Positions 38,001 through 48,684 of a stretch of DNA of 63,933 bases are shown here, one piece after another. The first letter of the stretch is position 1. Each line of letters opens with the position of its first letter. The translations under genes and the position numbers were made by a program. The DNA lies in assembly GCA_035693825.1 (NCBI GenBank), contig DASSGB010000099.1, forward strand, positions 1 through 63,933, read 5' to 3'. The DNA comes from Anaerolineales bacterium. Lineage in GTDB: Bacteria; Chloroflexota; Anaerolineae; Anaerolineales; E44-bin32. The notes beneath the pieces are model-generated. The model made no database searches. It was given only the letters and a program-made list of their open reading frames with translations, and was not told where the DNA came from.

Positions 38001-39059
38001 GCCCGAGGTGATCGTGCCGCTGCCGGCGGTCGGCGTTAGGTTTCCGCCGCTGAACGTCCAGGAGACGATGGTCTCGCGGGTGAGGCACGTCTGGGAAGGG
38101 TCGGTGACGCTGATGATGCGGCTGGAAGCCGAATAGTCGCTGTTGTAGTGGTAGCTCGAGCCGGAGAAGTCGTAGATCAGCGTGTTCAGGTTCTGGGTCG
38201 TACCCCCGCCGCCGATGATCTGGACGGTGTAAATGATGGTGACGTCGCCGCCCGACTTGCCCGTGCCGGTGCAGGTTCGATAGTCGGGGCTGGTGGGATC
38301 GTCGTCCCAGCCGCAGGCGTCGGAGTAGAGTTTGGTGCTCGCCTCCGGATCGGTGCCGCTGTTGGCGGTGTAGGTCGTGGCGACGTCCAGGATCTGGAAG
38401 ATGGTGTTGGGGAAGTTGATGAAGCTTTCGATCTGTTCGTAGCCATTGGTGGCGGTCGAGGCCACCAGCTCGATGGTGTAGGTGTTGCCGACGACGAGAT
38501 TCATCGTCCCGCCGGCGGGAATGCTGAGCCCGTCGAGCAGGATGTCGGTGACCGAGTTGCGATTCTGCGATACCAGGTGTTCGACGTAGATCTCGCGCGG
38601 CGTGGGGGTGCTGAGGGTGCTGGTCTGGTCGGAGCTGACCTCGATATGGTAGCGGCGGAACGTGTCGTAGGCTGCGGCGACGCGGTTGAGGCTGACCTCG
38701 AAATAGAAGTCGAAGCAATCGCCGGCGGCCAGCGTGCTCAGGTTGATCGGGTCCAGCGACCCGGTGCGCAGGTTGATATTCGGATTGCTGCTGTCCCACA
38801 CGAAATCGGCGGCGACGTTGGTGGCGGCGGCGTCGCCGGTGTTGCAGACCCGCACGCCCACAGGGAAGTTGTTGGGCCCCAGGCTGACATCATTGCTGTC
38901 GAGGCCAACGACGTTGAAGGTGAACGACGAGTCGCCGGAGGTCGAAGGCAGGAGAGTGAGGACGGGCTGGGCCTCGGCCGTGAACCATGGCACGACGATC
39001 AGTCCCAGCAGGAGACTGCCCGCCCCAATGATCCAGAACCCTCGCCGAAGCGTTGTCAT
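35097..39059 (-). CDS. Large surface protein: DUF11-like Ig domains, T/P-rich stalk, VPETG motif, C-terminal sortase domain
   Basis: Signal peptide ending [12 protein letters not shown] / [15 protein letters not shown] domains; sortase motifs [33 protein letters not shown]. Confidence 0.85.
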   Translation of the reverse strand: MTTLRRGFWIIGAGSLLLGLIVVPWFTAEAQPVLTLLPSTSGDSSFTFNVVGLDSNDVSLGPNNFPVGVRVCNTGDAAATNVAADFVWDSSNPNINLRTGSLDPINLSTLAAGDCFDFYFEVSLNRVAAAYDTFRRYHIEVSSDQTSTLSTPTPREIYVEHLVSQNRNSVTDILLDGLSIPAGGTMNLVVGNTYTIELVASTATNGYEQIESFINFPNTIFQILDVATTYTANSGTDPEASTKLYSDACGWDDDPTSPDYRTCTGTGKSGGDVTIIYTVQIIGGGGTTQNLNTLIYDFSGSSYHYNSDYSASSRIISVTDPSQTCLTRETIVSWTFSGGNLTPTAGSGTITSGNVSGPDFTQGGNPAPGVAYSNWPATLDTTKYVQAAVSTVGFYDIRVLYDASENNVNGPDSLNFYSSDGGPYTLQGSTHPLGTSFTSFDENLLSISTLDNNTNAAFRWIGFDASSSARFLRLDNIQVTGCALPSSLSLGKSGSPGTYTAAGETITYTYTLTNTGQTILTSPYTVTDDLVTVDCSSATSPLNPGDSTTCTGSYITTAADVTAKSVTNSAFATALFLTDTITSNTSSETVTYLTPPTVTKSFVPSSIPAGGTSTLIITLNNSGGTDLSNASFTDTYPAEIVNATPANASTDCQDGVVAAVDGGGTVSLSGAYLPASQACTVTVSVTSSVGGSHVNTIPNGQVTTDQGVSNTTAASDTLDVIGPTPTFSPTPTDTLTPSSTPTDTLTPSATATDTPTPSSTPTDTPTPSSTPTDTSTASSTPTETLTPSSTATNTPTSTPTATDTPTPSSTPTDTSTASNTPTETSTPSSTATDTPTSTATTTDTPTPSSTSTDTLTPSNTPTDTLTPSGTATDTPTPSGTPTNTPTNVPTDTSTPSSTPTDTPTPSSTPTDTPTPSSTPTGTLTPTNTPTNAPTDTSTPSSTQTDTSTPTDTATDTPTPSSTPTETLTPSATSTDTATPSPTATHTPTLTGAPLIIDPAITKSGDPASASIGDTVVFTLIVTNNGNDVADDVVVTDVVPSFLTVNSVLVAPAGPSVGIAGNTITIDFGPIAPADVFTVTINTTVNGSATPPGGTNTVTLTTSSPDSDPTNNADAASIAIVVSGQEVPETGFAPGRITRLGPRSEAPDYIDYGDIQLEIPSLGVSTRIVGVPKSGPEWDVSWLGAQAGYLYGTAFPTWAGNSVVTAHVVLPSGLPGPFADLKSLQFGDLIIVRAWGLRHVYEVREVDLVSPADRDVFRHEEISWLTLVTCHGYDEREQTYRWRIAVRAVLVRMDTQPSSTLSDAAVPGLAADRPDGWSGGR
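36090..36895 (-). repeat. Imperfect 30-nt coding tandem repeat ([10 protein letters not shown] decapeptide, roughly 25-27 copies)
   Basis: Recurring gtcggcgtgctcgacgg..gtcggcgtgtc units within the surface protein ORF. Confidence 0.9.
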
Positions 39060-39279
39060 TCCTAAGCCAAGCGGCGGCGCCCCTCGATGAGCCACCGCCG
39101 CTCCTTCCAGAGATGACTTGATGGTATCCGGGATTGCGCGCCTTGCCAAGCAGGAGAGTCTGGCAAGCGCGTTCTCAAGTCATTTCAATTTCGCCATCAA
39201 TGTGGACTGATTGAGCCGAAATTCGAGCCCTCCAGCTCTTTGTCCGCACAGGAATTGCAGGCATGGGGAGGGTGGGAGG

Positions 39280-42200
39280 CTAGGGCGGCGAAACCGGGAG
39301 CCAGACGGAGAACGTCGTTCCGACCGAGGCGTTGCTCTCGACTTCGATCCACCCGTGATGGCGTTCCACGATGTCCTTGGAAATGGCCAGGCCCAGGCCC
39401 GTGCCCGGTTCCCCTGAATGGCGGGCGGTCCGGCCGCGGTAGAAACGCTCGAAGATGTGCGGCAGGTCTTCGGCCGGGATCGGCGGCCCGCTGTTGTGGA
39501 CGCGGGCGATGACGTGCAGCCGGTCTTGGAAACGCGCGGCGCGCGTGCTGACGATCACCGTGCCCTTCGACGGCGTGTAGGCCACGGCGTTCCCGATCAG
39601 GTTGGTGAAGACCTGCACCAGCTGCTCGCGGGAGACCCACGCCGCCGGCACTTCGAGGTCGGGCTCGTGGACCAGACGGATGCCCTTGGCCTCGGCCCGG
39701 GGTCGCTGGGCGGCCACGACCTCGCCCAGGATGGGATCGAGGGCGTGGGCCTCGAAGTTGAGCTGCAGCATGCCGCGCTCCATGCGCGACAACGTGAGCA
39801 GATCTTCGATCAATCGCGCCAGGCGTTCGGCCTCGCGCTTGAGAATGCCCTGATACTCGCCGCGCCGGGCCTCGCGCGCGGCGTCGTTCAGCAGTTCCAG
39901 GTAGAGCAGGATGTTGGCGATGGGCGTGCGCAGCTCGTGGGAAACGTTGGACACGAACTCGGTCTTCAGCTGGTCGAGGGCCGTGAGCTGGTCGTTGGCC
40001 TCCTCCAGCGCCCGAGTCCGTTCCTGGACGCGCTCTTCGAGCTCTTCCATGACCCCGGCGCGATGCATGGCGTTGGCCGCCATGTCGGCGACGGCGACCA
40101 TGATGCGTTCTTCGGATTCGGTGAAAGGCGTCCTGCGCCCGATCCACATCCCCCCGACGACCTGCTCCTGGGAAACCAGGGGCACGACCGCCACGGCCCG
40201 GGCGCCGGCCAGATCGTCTCGGCGATGGAAGAGGCTGTCGGCCGGGGCGTTGGCCGTCAGATAGGGTTGGTGCATGCGGAGGACCTGCGCCCGCACGCCG
40301 TCCACGACGGAGCGCAGCCGCCCGGTCCAGCCCTTCCACACGCCCAGCGCCAATTCGACCCGCGCTTCCGCCTGCGAAGGCATCAGCATCTCACACGCAA
40401 CGCCCTCCGCCTCGAGCAGATCGCGCAGCTGCTCCAGGATGATGGGAAGCATGTCGCCGCGCGAGATCGCCCCGCGCAGGGCTCCGGCCACCTTGACCAC
40501 CGCGCCCAGGAAGGTGGCGTGCTGGGTCATGTCGTCGATCAGCCGGGCCTTTTCCAGCGCGACCGCCACCTGGCTGCTGAAGGCGGCGTACATCTCCATG
40601 TCGGATTCTTCGAGGGCTTCTCCCCAGATGAACAGAACGCCGGTGACCAGATCGCGCGCGACCAGCGGCAGGCCGATCAGCCGAGTCTCCGGCGTGATCC
40701 CGGCAAGCTGCGCCAGGATGTTGAGCGCCCGCCGCGGAAGTCTGGGCGCGATCTGCCGCGCGGCCTCCAAGGCTTTCGTCAACACCGCCCGCCGCTCGCG
40801 CACCAGCTGGCCGTACACGGGGATGCGGGAGGCCGGGATGCTCCGGCCGACCAGCCGCGAACCGATCACCTTCTCGACCTGTTCGACGACATCCGGCGTC
40901 AGCGAGGTGTAGCGGATGGTGAACGACTCCGATGGATGATCCACAATCGCCAGCCAGCAGCCAAGCTGGATGCGCCGCAGCTCGACCCCCAGAGTCTGGA
41001 AGAATTCATCCGGATCGCGCGTGCCCTCGAGATTGGCCGCGACCTGACTCAAAGCCGAGAGCACCCCGTGCGAATGGGCAAGCGCCCGCGAACGCTGGCG
41101 CTCCATTTCCAGAAGACGTGCTTGCTCCAGCGCCGCCGCCACCTGGGAAGCGAAAACGGTGTAGGTGTCGATGTCGGCCGCGGTCAGTGCGCCACCCCAC
41201 AGAAAGATGCCGCCCAGGACGCCGGCCTCGGAGGCCAGGGGCAGGCACATGGTGGGAGTCTCGGGGCCGATGCCCAGGACCCTGGAGACTCGGTCGATCA
41301 TCGGTTGGGGCATGTCCGGCACCAGGGCATGGAGCAAGGAGGCGCTATCGACGAGCTGCGGCTCACGCTGAAGAATAAGCCTCTCATAGAAAGGAAGGCG
41401 CTCGGGAGGTATGCGGTAACCGCGCACCGACAGCCCCAGGGCCTTCTCCAACGGGGCGAGCAGGCCGGCTTCCGGCGTCGCGAAACGAACGACAAGATCT
41501 CCCGTGGCCGAGTCAAGCGAGGCCATCCAGAAGTTGACCCCGAAGGGCAGGAGTTGATCGCGCAGCGTGGTCAGGACCTGCTCCGGGTCGTGGGTCCTCT
41601 CCAGCCGGCCGGCCACCCGGCTGAGCCCGAAGAGCACGCCGTGAGCGCGCGCCAGCTCAGCCGCGCGTTGGCGTTCGGCCTCCAGCAGGCGGGCGTTCTC
41701 CATAGCCAGGGCCGCCTGGTCGGCGAACAGGTGAACCAGGCGCACCGCCTGGTCATCGAAGCCTCCCGGCTCGTCGTCGGCGACGTTCAACACGCCCGCC
41801 ACCCGGTCGCCGACTTTGAGCGGCACGGCCATCAATCGCCGCGTCTCAATGTCGCGGAAAGCCTGCGCCTTCGGCTCGTAGGTCTGGTAGTCGTCGAGAA
41901 TCATCACCTGGCCAGTCTCAGCCACCCGGCCCGAGACCCCCTCGCCCATACGCAGTTTGGCGCCTGTGTAGTCGCGGTTGTAGTTGTGGCTGACGACCAG
42001 CGTCAGACTCTCTCCGTCCGGGTCCACCAGATACAGACCGCCCTTGTTCGAACCGACCAGGCGGCTGGCCCTCTCGACCATGGTCCTGAGCATGCCGTCC
42101 AGATCCGCCTGGCGGATGGTTTCGATCGAGGTCTCATACAGCGCCTGGAGCTCCTGAGCTCGCCGCCGCTCGGACTCCAGCAAACGGGCGTTCTCGATGG

Positions 42201-44553
42201 CGATGGCTGCCTGATCCCCGAGCGATTCCGCCAGGCGGATCTCATCCAGCCCGAAAGCGCCTGGTGAGCGATCGTCGGCGGCCACCAGGACTCCGATGAC
42301 TCGGCCGCCGGTCTTGAGCGGCACGCACAGCACGCGGCGAAACGCCTGGGCAGGGTACCGGCTCGAGCGCGCCGGCCAGGCGGCGTAGTCTTCGACCATC
42401 AGCGATTCGCCTGATTCCAGCACCCGGCCGGAAGCGCCTTCGCCCCGTTTCAGCCGAGTGCCGATAAACTCCGGCAGCATTCCATGGCCCACCGCCAACT
42501 CGAGCGTTTCGTTGTCGGGCAGGACCAGATACAGGCCTCCCGAGCTCACCTCGAGCGACTCCGCCGTTCGTCGCACAATGGCCTGGAGCACGCCTTGCGA
42601 ATCGTGTTGAGAGCTGATCTCCAGCGACGTCTCGTACAGGGCTTGCAGCTGACGGGCGCGCTGCGCCACGGCGTCCTCTGCCCGTTTGCGCTGGGTGATG
42701 TCCTCCACCGTGCCTTCGTAGTACTGGACCCGGCCGCCATCGTCCCGCACGACGCGAGCGTTCTCGCGAACGAAGATCGTCGTCCCATCCCGTCGTCGCC
42801 AGGCCGACTCCATCCCGATGATCTCGCCCTCGCGCTCCAGGCGTTCCTTGAATGCCCGCCGCGGATAGCCGGGATCGAAACCCTCGGTCTCCAGGTTGCG
42901 CTGCGCCATCTCCTCGATCGACTCGAAACCGAGCATGCGCAGCCCGGCCGGGTTGACGAACAGGATCCGTCCGTCGGGAGTGGTCCGGTAGATTCCCACC
43001 GGGGCGTTCTCCGTCAGGGCACGGTAGCGTTCTTCGCTTTCGCGCAGAGCGGCTTCGGCCTGGCGTCGTTCGGTGATATCGGTGATGACGCCCAGGATGG
43101 CGTTCGAGCCCTTGTACCGAATGAGCCGCGTGGTATGGATCGCCTCCAGGCGCCGACGGTCGCGGGTGACGAGCGCGTACGCCTGCGGAGGCACATCCTC
43201 TCCGAGGCGGTGCCGCTCGAAGTTCTCCAGCACGGTCGGGCGGGATTCGGGCGCGACCAACTTCAGGAAATCGAAGTCGGGATCGAGCATCTCGTCGCGG
43301 GTGTAGCCCATGACCTCCGCCGCCTGCGGGTTGGCATAGACCACGCGGCCGGCCTGATTGATGAAGATCATGTTGGGCGATTCTTCGGCCAGGCTGCGGA
43401 ATTTCTCTTCCGATTCGCGCAGCGCGGCCTCGGTCTGCCTGCGCCGGGTGATGTCGGCCATGATGCCCAGGACGCCGGTCACCTCTCCGGCGGCGTTGCG
43501 CACGGGAGCGGTCGACAAGCTGATGTCGATCGGCGCGCCGTCTTTGCGCCGCAGGGCCACCACCACATTGTCCACCTGCTCGCCGCGCAGCGTGCGTTCA
43601 CGAAGGTGGCGATGTTCCTCGCGCCGCTCGGCGGGGACGATCGGAGGGAATCGCCCGAGGACTTCCGGCTCCGTCCACCCGAACATCTTCTCGGCCGCGG
43701 AGTTCCACAAGCGGACCGTCCCGTCGCCTTCCCAGACGGTGATGGCCAGCGGCGAGGCTTCGATCAACGCGCGCAGGGTGGCGTTGGTCGAACGCAGGGC
43801 TTCTTCCGTTCGCTTGATCGAGGCGATTTCGGTGAAGACGGCCAACGAGCCGCGAAAGTCGCCGGCCACGAAGCGCGGCGATCCGCTGACCAGCACAGGG
43901 ATGCGCGTCCCGTCCCGATGGAGCAGCTCCAGTTCGTAGCGATCGGACCGGCCGGCCTCGCGCCGGGCGTCGGCGGCGCGGACAACGGCCTGCTGGTCTT
44001 CGGGGATCAGCAGAGTCCAGTGCCGGCCGATCAGTTCCTCCTGGGCGTAACCCAGCATACCCGCCGCGGCCGGATTGACGAACGTCAGCCGACCGTCGGC
44101 GTCTTCGATGACGATGCCTTCCATCGTGTGATGGAGGATTTCCGCCAGGCCCTCGACGCGGTCGGCCAGGGCGGCGCCGGGCGCAGGCGGCAGGAACACG
44201 TGGCGGCGGACAACCTCAACCAGTTGGTCCGGCGCCACACAGGCGACGGCGCCTTCCCGAAGGCAGTCGGCCGCCTCGGCCTCATCGGGCTGACAGGCGA
44301 CGACGATGAAGGGCGAGAGGCGCCCCTCGAGGCGCAGCATGCGCAGCGCGTGCGAGGCGTGGAATCCGTTGACGTGAAAGGCGGAAAGGATCAGGTGAGG
44401 CCCGGCGCCCAGGGCGCGGCGGAACTCGGCCTCGGACGTCGCCATGTCATACTGGAGATCGGGGGCAACGGCACGCAGGAGGCCGACCTGGGACTCGACC
44501 TCCTCGGGGTGATGGTTGAGGAAGAGGACGCGCAGCGGAGGCGTCGATGTCAC
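39280..44553 (-). CDS. Cytoplasmic sensor histidine kinase: pseudo-receiver, 4 PAS, about 5 GAF, HisKA, HATPase
   Basis: SHELRTP H-box, NLIGNAVAY, IFERFYRG, GTGLGLAI; repeated PAS (vNPAA..mlGY) and GAF (dQAAiAiENARL) signatures; no TM helix. Confidence 0.92.
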   Translation of the reverse strand: MTSTPPLRVLFLNHHPEEVESQVGLLRAVAPDLQYDMATSEAEFRRALGAGPHLILSAFHVNGFHASHALRMLRLEGRLSPFIVVACQPDEAEAADCLREGAVACVAPDQLVEVVRRHVFLPPAPGAALADRVEGLAEILHHTMEGIVIEDADGRLTFVNPAAAGMLGYAQEELIGRHWTLLIPEDQQAVVRAADARREAGRSDRYELELLHRDGTRIPVLVSGSPRFVAGDFRGSLAVFTEIASIKRTEEALRSTNATLRALIEASPLAITVWEGDGTVRLWNSAAEKMFGWTEPEVLGRFPPIVPAERREEHRHLRERTLRGEQVDNVVVALRRKDGAPIDISLSTAPVRNAAGEVTGVLGIMADITRRRQTEAALRESEEKFRSLAEESPNMIFINQAGRVVYANPQAAEVMGYTRDEMLDPDFDFLKLVAPESRPTVLENFERHRLGEDVPPQAYALVTRDRRRLEAIHTTRLIRYKGSNAILGVITDITERRQAEAALRESEERYRALTENAPVGIYRTTPDGRILFVNPAGLRMLGFESIEEMAQRNLETEGFDPGYPRRAFKERLEREGEIIGMESAWRRRDGTTIFVRENARVVRDDGGRVQYYEGTVEDITQRKRAEDAVAQRARQLQALYETSLEISSQHDSQGVLQAIVRRTAESLEVSSGGLYLVLPDNETLELAVGHGMLPEFIGTRLKRGEGASGRVLESGESLMVEDYAAWPARSSRYPAQAFRRVLCVPLKTGGRVIGVLVAADDRSPGAFGLDEIRLAESLGDQAAIAIENARLLESERRRAQELQALYETSIETIRQADLDGMLRTMVERASRLVGSNKGGLYLVDPDGESLTLVVSHNYNRDYTGAKLRMGEGVSGRVAETGQVMILDDYQTYEPKAQAFRDIETRRLMAVPLKVGDRVAGVLNVADDEPGGFDDQAVRLVHLFADQAALAMENARLLEAERQRAAELARAHGVLFGLSRVAGRLERTHDPEQVLTTLRDQLLPFGVNFWMASLDSATGDLVVRFATPEAGLLAPLEKALGLSVRGYRIPPERLPFYERLILQREPQLVDSASLLHALVPDMPQPMIDRVSRVLGIGPETPTMCLPLASEAGVLGGIFLWGGALTAADIDTYTVFASQVAAALEQARLLEMERQRSRALAHSHGVLSALSQVAANLEGTRDPDEFFQTLGVELRRIQLGCWLAIVDHPSESFTIRYTSLTPDVVEQVEKVIGSRLVGRSIPASRIPVYGQLVRERRAVLTKALEAARQIAPRLPRRALNILAQLAGITPETRLIGLPLVARDLVTGVLFIWGEALEESDMEMYAAFSSQVAVALEKARLIDDMTQHATFLGAVVKVAGALRGAISRGDMLPIILEQLRDLLEAEGVACEMLMPSQAEARVELALGVWKGWTGRLRSVVDGVRAQVLRMHQPYLTANAPADSLFHRRDDLAGARAVAVVPLVSQEQVVGGMWIGRRTPFTESEERIMVAVADMAANAMHRAGVMEELEERVQERTRALEEANDQLTALDQLKTEFVSNVSHELRTPIANILLYLELLNDAAREARRGEYQGILKREAERLARLIEDLLTLSRMERGMLQLNFEAHALDPILGEVVAAQRPRAEAKGIRLVHEPDLEVPAAWVSREQLVQVFTNLIGNAVAYTPSKGTVIVSTRAARFQDRLHVIARVHNSGPPIPAEDLPHIFERFYRGRTARHSGEPGTGLGLAISKDIVERHHGWIEVESNASVGTTFSVWLPVSPP

Positions 44554-44660
44554 CGATGCGATTCCCTGCCCAGCCCCGCCGAGCGTCCGGAGCGTCTGCG
44601 CCCCCTGAGCCCCTCCGCCGAAGGGGCGCACGGAAAGACTACCATCGGTGCCAGAGCCGG

Positions 44661-44689
44661 CACATACCCCCTTGGTCCCCTTCTGTCAA
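44661..44689 (-). promoter_or_regulatory. Candidate sigma70 promoter for the histidine kinase
   Basis: TTGACA-N17-TATGTG on the minus strand (perfect -35, weak -10). Confidence 0.35.
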
Positions 44690-44964
44690 CCGGCAGAGTA
44701 CTATTGTATGGACAACTCCGCTGGTCGCGGCCGGGGTTCGGGGGATCAACACCAATCGGGACCACAGGCACCTTGTCGGGCCTCTCGCCTCGCTCGAAAC
44801 TCGCGACTGACCACTGGCGATTGCCCTGGCTGGCCTCCGTCTTGCACGGAGAGGGCTGCGCCCTTGCTGGTTGCGCGAGACCACCCGGTTATCGGGGTCG
44901 TGCGGAGAAGACGAAGGTCTTACGCAACTCTTATGTCACGAAACGGGGCCGCAGAAAGGCCGTG

Positions 44965-44973
44965 TGTTAGAAT
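44965..44973 (+). promoter_or_regulatory. Extended -10 promoter for clpC
   Basis: TGnTAGAAT about 45 nt upstream of the start codon. Confidence 0.55.
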
Positions 44974-45018
44974 CGGACTTGCCTGAGGCCAGGTGGCCGG
45001 CAGGCGAGGATGGCGCCA

Positions 45019-47499
45019 ATGATGCGATTTGACCGGTTCACCGAGCGCGCCCAGGACGCGGCCCAGCGAGCGGCCGAGATCATTCAGCGCTACGGGCACA
45101 ACCAGATCGATACCGAGCACATCCTGCTGGCTCTGATCGAACAGCCGCAGGGTGTGATCTCGCAGATTCTCGAGAAGCTCAACATCGATATCGAGGCCCT
45201 GACCGACCGCATCGACCAGCAGCTTCGAGCCAGCCCCAAGGCCAACATCTACGGCGGCGGAGCGGGCCAGATCTTCATCACGCCGCGCGTCAAGCGCGTG
45301 GTGGACATGGCCAACGAAGAGGCCAATCGCCTCAACGACGAGTACATCTCCACCGAGCACATCTTTCTGGCGATCCTGTCGGAGCGCAACACGGCCATCG
45401 CCCGCCTGCTGGCGGATGAAGGCATCACCAAGGAACGTGTCAACGAAGCCATCAAAGACATCCGCGGCGGGCAGCGCGTCACCGACCGCAAGGCCGAGAG
45501 CCGCTACCGGACGCTGGAAAAGTACTCGCGCGACCTGACCCAGCTGGCCAAAGAAGGCAAGCTCGACCCGGTGATCGGACGCGACAAGGAAATCCTCCGA
45601 GTCATCCAGATTCTTTCCCGGCGCACCAAGAACAACCCGGTCCTCATCGGCGAGGCGGGCGTGGGCAAGACGGCCATCGTCGAGGGCCTGGCGCAGAAGA
45701 TCGCCGCCAACGACGTCCCCGAGATTCTGATGGGCAAGCGTGTCGTGTCGCTCGACCTGGGGGCGATGATCGCCGGCTCGCGCTTCCGGGGCGAGTTCGA
45801 AGAACGCCTCAAAGCCGCCATCGAAGAGATCCAGCGGTCGGAGGGCGAGATCATTCTGATGATCGACGAGCTGCATACCGTCGTCGGCGCCGGCGCGGCC
45901 CAGGGCGCCATGGACGCCTCCAACATGCTCAAGCCGGCCCTGGCCCGCGGCGAACTGCAGTGCGTCGGAGCCACGACCCTGGACGAGTACCACAAGTACA
46001 TCGAGAAGGACGCCGCCCTCGAGCGGCGCTTCGCTCCGGTCTATGTGGACGAACCGAGCGTCGAAGAGACGATCAAGATGCTCCACGGGCTGCGCGATCG
46101 GTACGAGGCCCACCACAAAGTGCGCTTCACCGACGCCGCCCTGGAAGCCGCCGCCAAACTCTCGCAGCGCTACGTCACCGATCGGTCGCTGCCCGACAAG
46201 GCCATCGATCTGATGGACGAGGCCGCCGCCAAACTGCGGGTGGCGTTGTATTCGCTGCCGACCGAGCTCAAAGCCCTCAAGGGCGATATCGATCGCCTGA
46301 TGGCCGAAGAGGAACAGGCCGGGAACGAGCGCGATTACGAACGCGCCGCCGAGAAGAAGGCCCTGCGCCTCCGCCTCGAGGACGATTTCCGCACCCAGCG
46401 CGACACCTGGGAATCGGAGCACCAGCTGGACGAGCTCGTCGACGAGAACGACATCGCCGAGGTCGTCGCCCAGTGGACCGGGATCCCGGTATCCCAGATG
46501 ATGGAAAACGAAGCCGAACGTCTGCTGCGCATGGAAGAACGCCTGCACGAGCGGATCATCGGGCAGGACGAAGCCATTCACGCCTTGTCCGACGCCATTC
46601 GCCGGGCGCGGGCCGGCCTCAAAGACCCGCGGCGGCCGATCGGCTCCTTCATCTTCCTGGGCGCCTCGGGCGTCGGCAAGACCGAGCTGGCCAAGGCGCT
46701 GGCCGAGTTCATGTTCGACGACGAAGAAGCCCTGATCCGCATCGACATGAGCGAGTATCGCGAGGAGCACACCGTCTCGCGTCTGTTCGGAGCACCGCCC
46801 GGGTACGTCGGATACGAAGAAGGCGGCCAGCTGACCGAGGCCGTCCGCCGCCGGCCGTACCGGGTCATTCTGTTCGACGAGATCGAAAAGGCCCATCCCG
46901 AGGTGTGGAACGCCCTGCTGCAGATCCTTGACGACGGGCGGCTCACCGACGGCCAGGGCCACATCGTCGATTTCCGCAACACGGTGCTGGTCATGACCTC
47001 CAACCTCGGGACGGAGTTCGTGACCCGCTCCGGCAGCCTGGGCTTCCGGGTCAAGGGCGGCGCGGAAGGCGCCCGCGACCAGCAGGAAGAGAAGATCGAG
47101 AAGGCCCTCAAGGAAACCTTCCGGCCGGAATTCCTCAACCGGATCGATGAGATCATCATCTTCTCGCCTCTTTCGCTGGAAGATATGGAGCGGATCGTCG
47201 AGCTCCAGCTCAGAGAGGTCCAGGGCCGGCTGTCCGAGCATGGCCTGACCGTGGAGTTGAGCGAGGCGGCGCGCAAGTGGCTGGCCCGTGCCGGTTTCGA
47301 CCCGGCGTTCGGCGCCCGACCTCTTCGCCGCGCCATGCAGAAGTACATCGAGAGCCCGCTGTCGGTGAAGCTGCTGCAGGGCGAGTTCTCCCAAGGCGAC
47401 ACGGTGACGGTCGACGTGGACGAAAAGTCGGAAGGCGTCGTCTTCCGCCGCAGCGACAGCGGCGCAACCGTGGCGGTCGAGCAGGAAGTCTCCGCCTAA
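45019..47499 (+). CDS. clpC: ATP-dependent Clp protease ATP-binding subunit (ClpC type)
   Basis: Clp-N repeats, GEAGVGKT and GASGVGKT Walker A motifs, short middle domain, LGF ClpP-docking tripeptide, FGARPLRR. Confidence 0.92.
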   Translation: MMRFDRFTERAQDAAQRAAEIIQRYGHNQIDTEHILLALIEQPQGVISQILEKLNIDIEALTDRIDQQLRASPKANIYGGGAGQIFITPRVKRVVDMANEEANRLNDEYISTEHIFLAILSERNTAIARLLADEGITKERVNEAIKDIRGGQRVTDRKAESRYRTLEKYSRDLTQLAKEGKLDPVIGRDKEILRVIQILSRRTKNNPVLIGEAGVGKTAIVEGLAQKIAANDVPEILMGKRVVSLDLGAMIAGSRFRGEFEERLKAAIEEIQRSEGEIILMIDELHTVVGAGAAQGAMDASNMLKPALARGELQCVGATTLDEYHKYIEKDAALERRFAPVYVDEPSVEETIKMLHGLRDRYEAHHKVRFTDAALEAAAKLSQRYVTDRSLPDKAIDLMDEAAAKLRVALYSLPTELKALKGDIDRLMAEEEQAGNERDYERAAEKKALRLRLEDDFRTQRDTWESEHQLDELVDENDIAEVVAQWTGIPVSQMMENEAERLLRMEERLHERIIGQDEAIHALSDAIRRARAGLKDPRRPIGSFIFLGASGVGKTELAKALAEFMFDDEEALIRIDMSEYREEHTVSRLFGAPPGYVGYEEGGQLTEAVRRRPYRVILFDEIEKAHPEVWNALLQILDDGRLTDGQGHIVDFRNTVLVMTSNLGTEFVTRSGSLGFRVKGGAEGARDQQEEKIEKALKETFRPEFLNRIDEIIIFSPLSLEDMERIVELQLREVQGRLSEHGLTVELSEAARKWLARAGFDPAFGARPLRRAMQKYIESPLSVKLLQGEFSQGDTVTVDVDEKSEGVVFRRSDSGATVAVEQEVSA

Positions 47500-47508
47500 T
47501 CCCACCCT

Positions 47509-47572
47509 GGGGAGGAGGATCCTCCCCCGTCCCGCAAGAATGAACAGCGCGCCGCCTGCTGCGACGCGCTGT
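47509..47572. terminator. Two GC-rich hairpins after clpC (possible terminator)
   Basis: GGGGAGGA-gga-TCCTCCCC and ACAGCGCG...CGCGCTGT; no clear U-tract. Confidence 0.4.
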
Positions 47573-47736
47573 CGCCTTAATGGCTAGTTGCTGCCGCTCG
47601 CGAGCCCCTCGTCTCCCACCCCTGCCCCTCCCCCGACAAGGAACGCCTTGAGGCAACGGAGAAGACAGCGGGAGAGGTTAGCCCATGCCAAATCGATGGC
47701 GGCGTGAGGTCGAAGGGCCAGATCCTGTCGCGCGGG

Positions 47737-48585
47737 CTAGAGGCTGTGTTTGGGCCTTCGCGAGAGATTCTCCAGCCCATACACGCGCGGGATGACCAGG
47801 GCGGCGATCACCACGCCGGCGGTCATCACGATGGCGATGGTCCCGGCTCCGGCGGCCGAGGCCGAGAAGTAGTTAAAGGAAGCGTGGAAGATCGCCGCCA
47901 TCAGCACGCTCCCGCCTGTGCTGTTATAGATCCAGGTGTAAACCACGGCCCCACACACGATGGTCACCGCCAGAAACGGAAACATCCACAGACCCATCGC
48001 CTGATAGGTGTCGAGATAGAAGAAGGCCGGCAAGTGCCACAGGGCCCACAGGATGCCAAGGATGAGCGTCGCCTGGGCTGCGGTGCGGTTCTTCTGGAGC
48101 CACGGCAGGGCGAAGCCGCGCCAGCCGACTTCCTCTCCCAGGCCATACGTCACGAACCAGAATAGCCACGCGGCCAGACCCAGGTTCGGCATGTAGTTCA
48201 CTTGCCCGAGCAGCGCCAGGTCGGGCAGCTTCCCCTCGACGATCAAGGCCGCCAGCGCGCCGACAGCGAAAAGGGCTGCAGGCGAAAGCAGCGAGATCAG
48301 AAACCAGGCCCACCCCACACGCCACTTCAGCACCCGGCCGAGAAGCTCCCGAAGGCCGGGGCCGCCCAGCAACCATCCGGTCACGAGAAGGGCGGCCAGC
48401 ATCGGTCCATAGGCGGCGAAGTAGTGCACTGCGGGCGAGACCCCGATCCCGCCCCATCCCCGTTCAGAGGCGATGAGCAAGAATTCGATCGCCCAGGAAA
48501 TCAGAAAGGTCAGCCCGAAGTAGGCGAAGACGGCCTTTCGGTGGGCTCCCGTGGAGGTCGCCTCGACACTCTGGCCGGTGGACAT
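47737..48585 (-). CDS. CPBP-family intramembrane glutamic endopeptidase (CAAX protease/Abi)
   Basis: GEEVGWRG, WALWHLP, YNSTGGSVL, FHASFN motifs. Confidence 0.9.
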   Translation of the reverse strand: MSTGQSVEATSTGAHRKAVFAYFGLTFLISWAIEFLLIASERGWGGIGVSPAVHYFAAYGPMLAALLVTGWLLGGPGLRELLGRVLKWRVGWAWFLISLLSPAALFAVGALAALIVEGKLPDLALLGQVNYMPNLGLAAWLFWFVTYGLGEEVGWRGFALPWLQKNRTAAQATLILGILWALWHLPAFFYLDTYQAMGLWMFPFLAVTIVCGAVVYTWIYNSTGGSVLMAAIFHASFNYFSASAAGAGTIAIVMTAGVVIAALVIPRVYGLENLSRRPKHSL

Positions 48586-48684
48586 CCTCTTCAAGCTATC
48601 GGCGATCACTTCTCCCTCCCCATGGAACTCGCGTGGCCCGGTGACGGCCACCACTGGAAACCAGTGCCGGAGTCCTTCCCGCAT

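Noticed and set aside
39130..39150. Sigma54 promoter (TGGCAA...GC) upstream of the sortase-fusion gene
   Set aside because: GG-to-GC spacing is off and there is no TTGC at -12.
29971..44553. NarL-type regulator and the large kinase as a cognate pair
   Set aside because: They are 9 kb apart, and the kinase has a HisKA-type H-box (SHELRTP) whereas NarL regulators usually pair with HisKA_3 kinases.
39418..44970. 949-aa and 828-aa plus-strand ORFs
   Set aside because: Antisense shadows of the histidine kinase, with no recognisable domains.
44554..45018. CIRCE or CtsR heat-shock operator upstream of clpC
   Set aside because: No TTAGCACTC-N9-GAGTGCTAA and no convincing GGTCAAA direct repeat found.
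44920..47505. 861-aa minus-strand ORF
   Set aside because: Mirror of clpC, a well-known antisense artefact of conserved high-GC genes.
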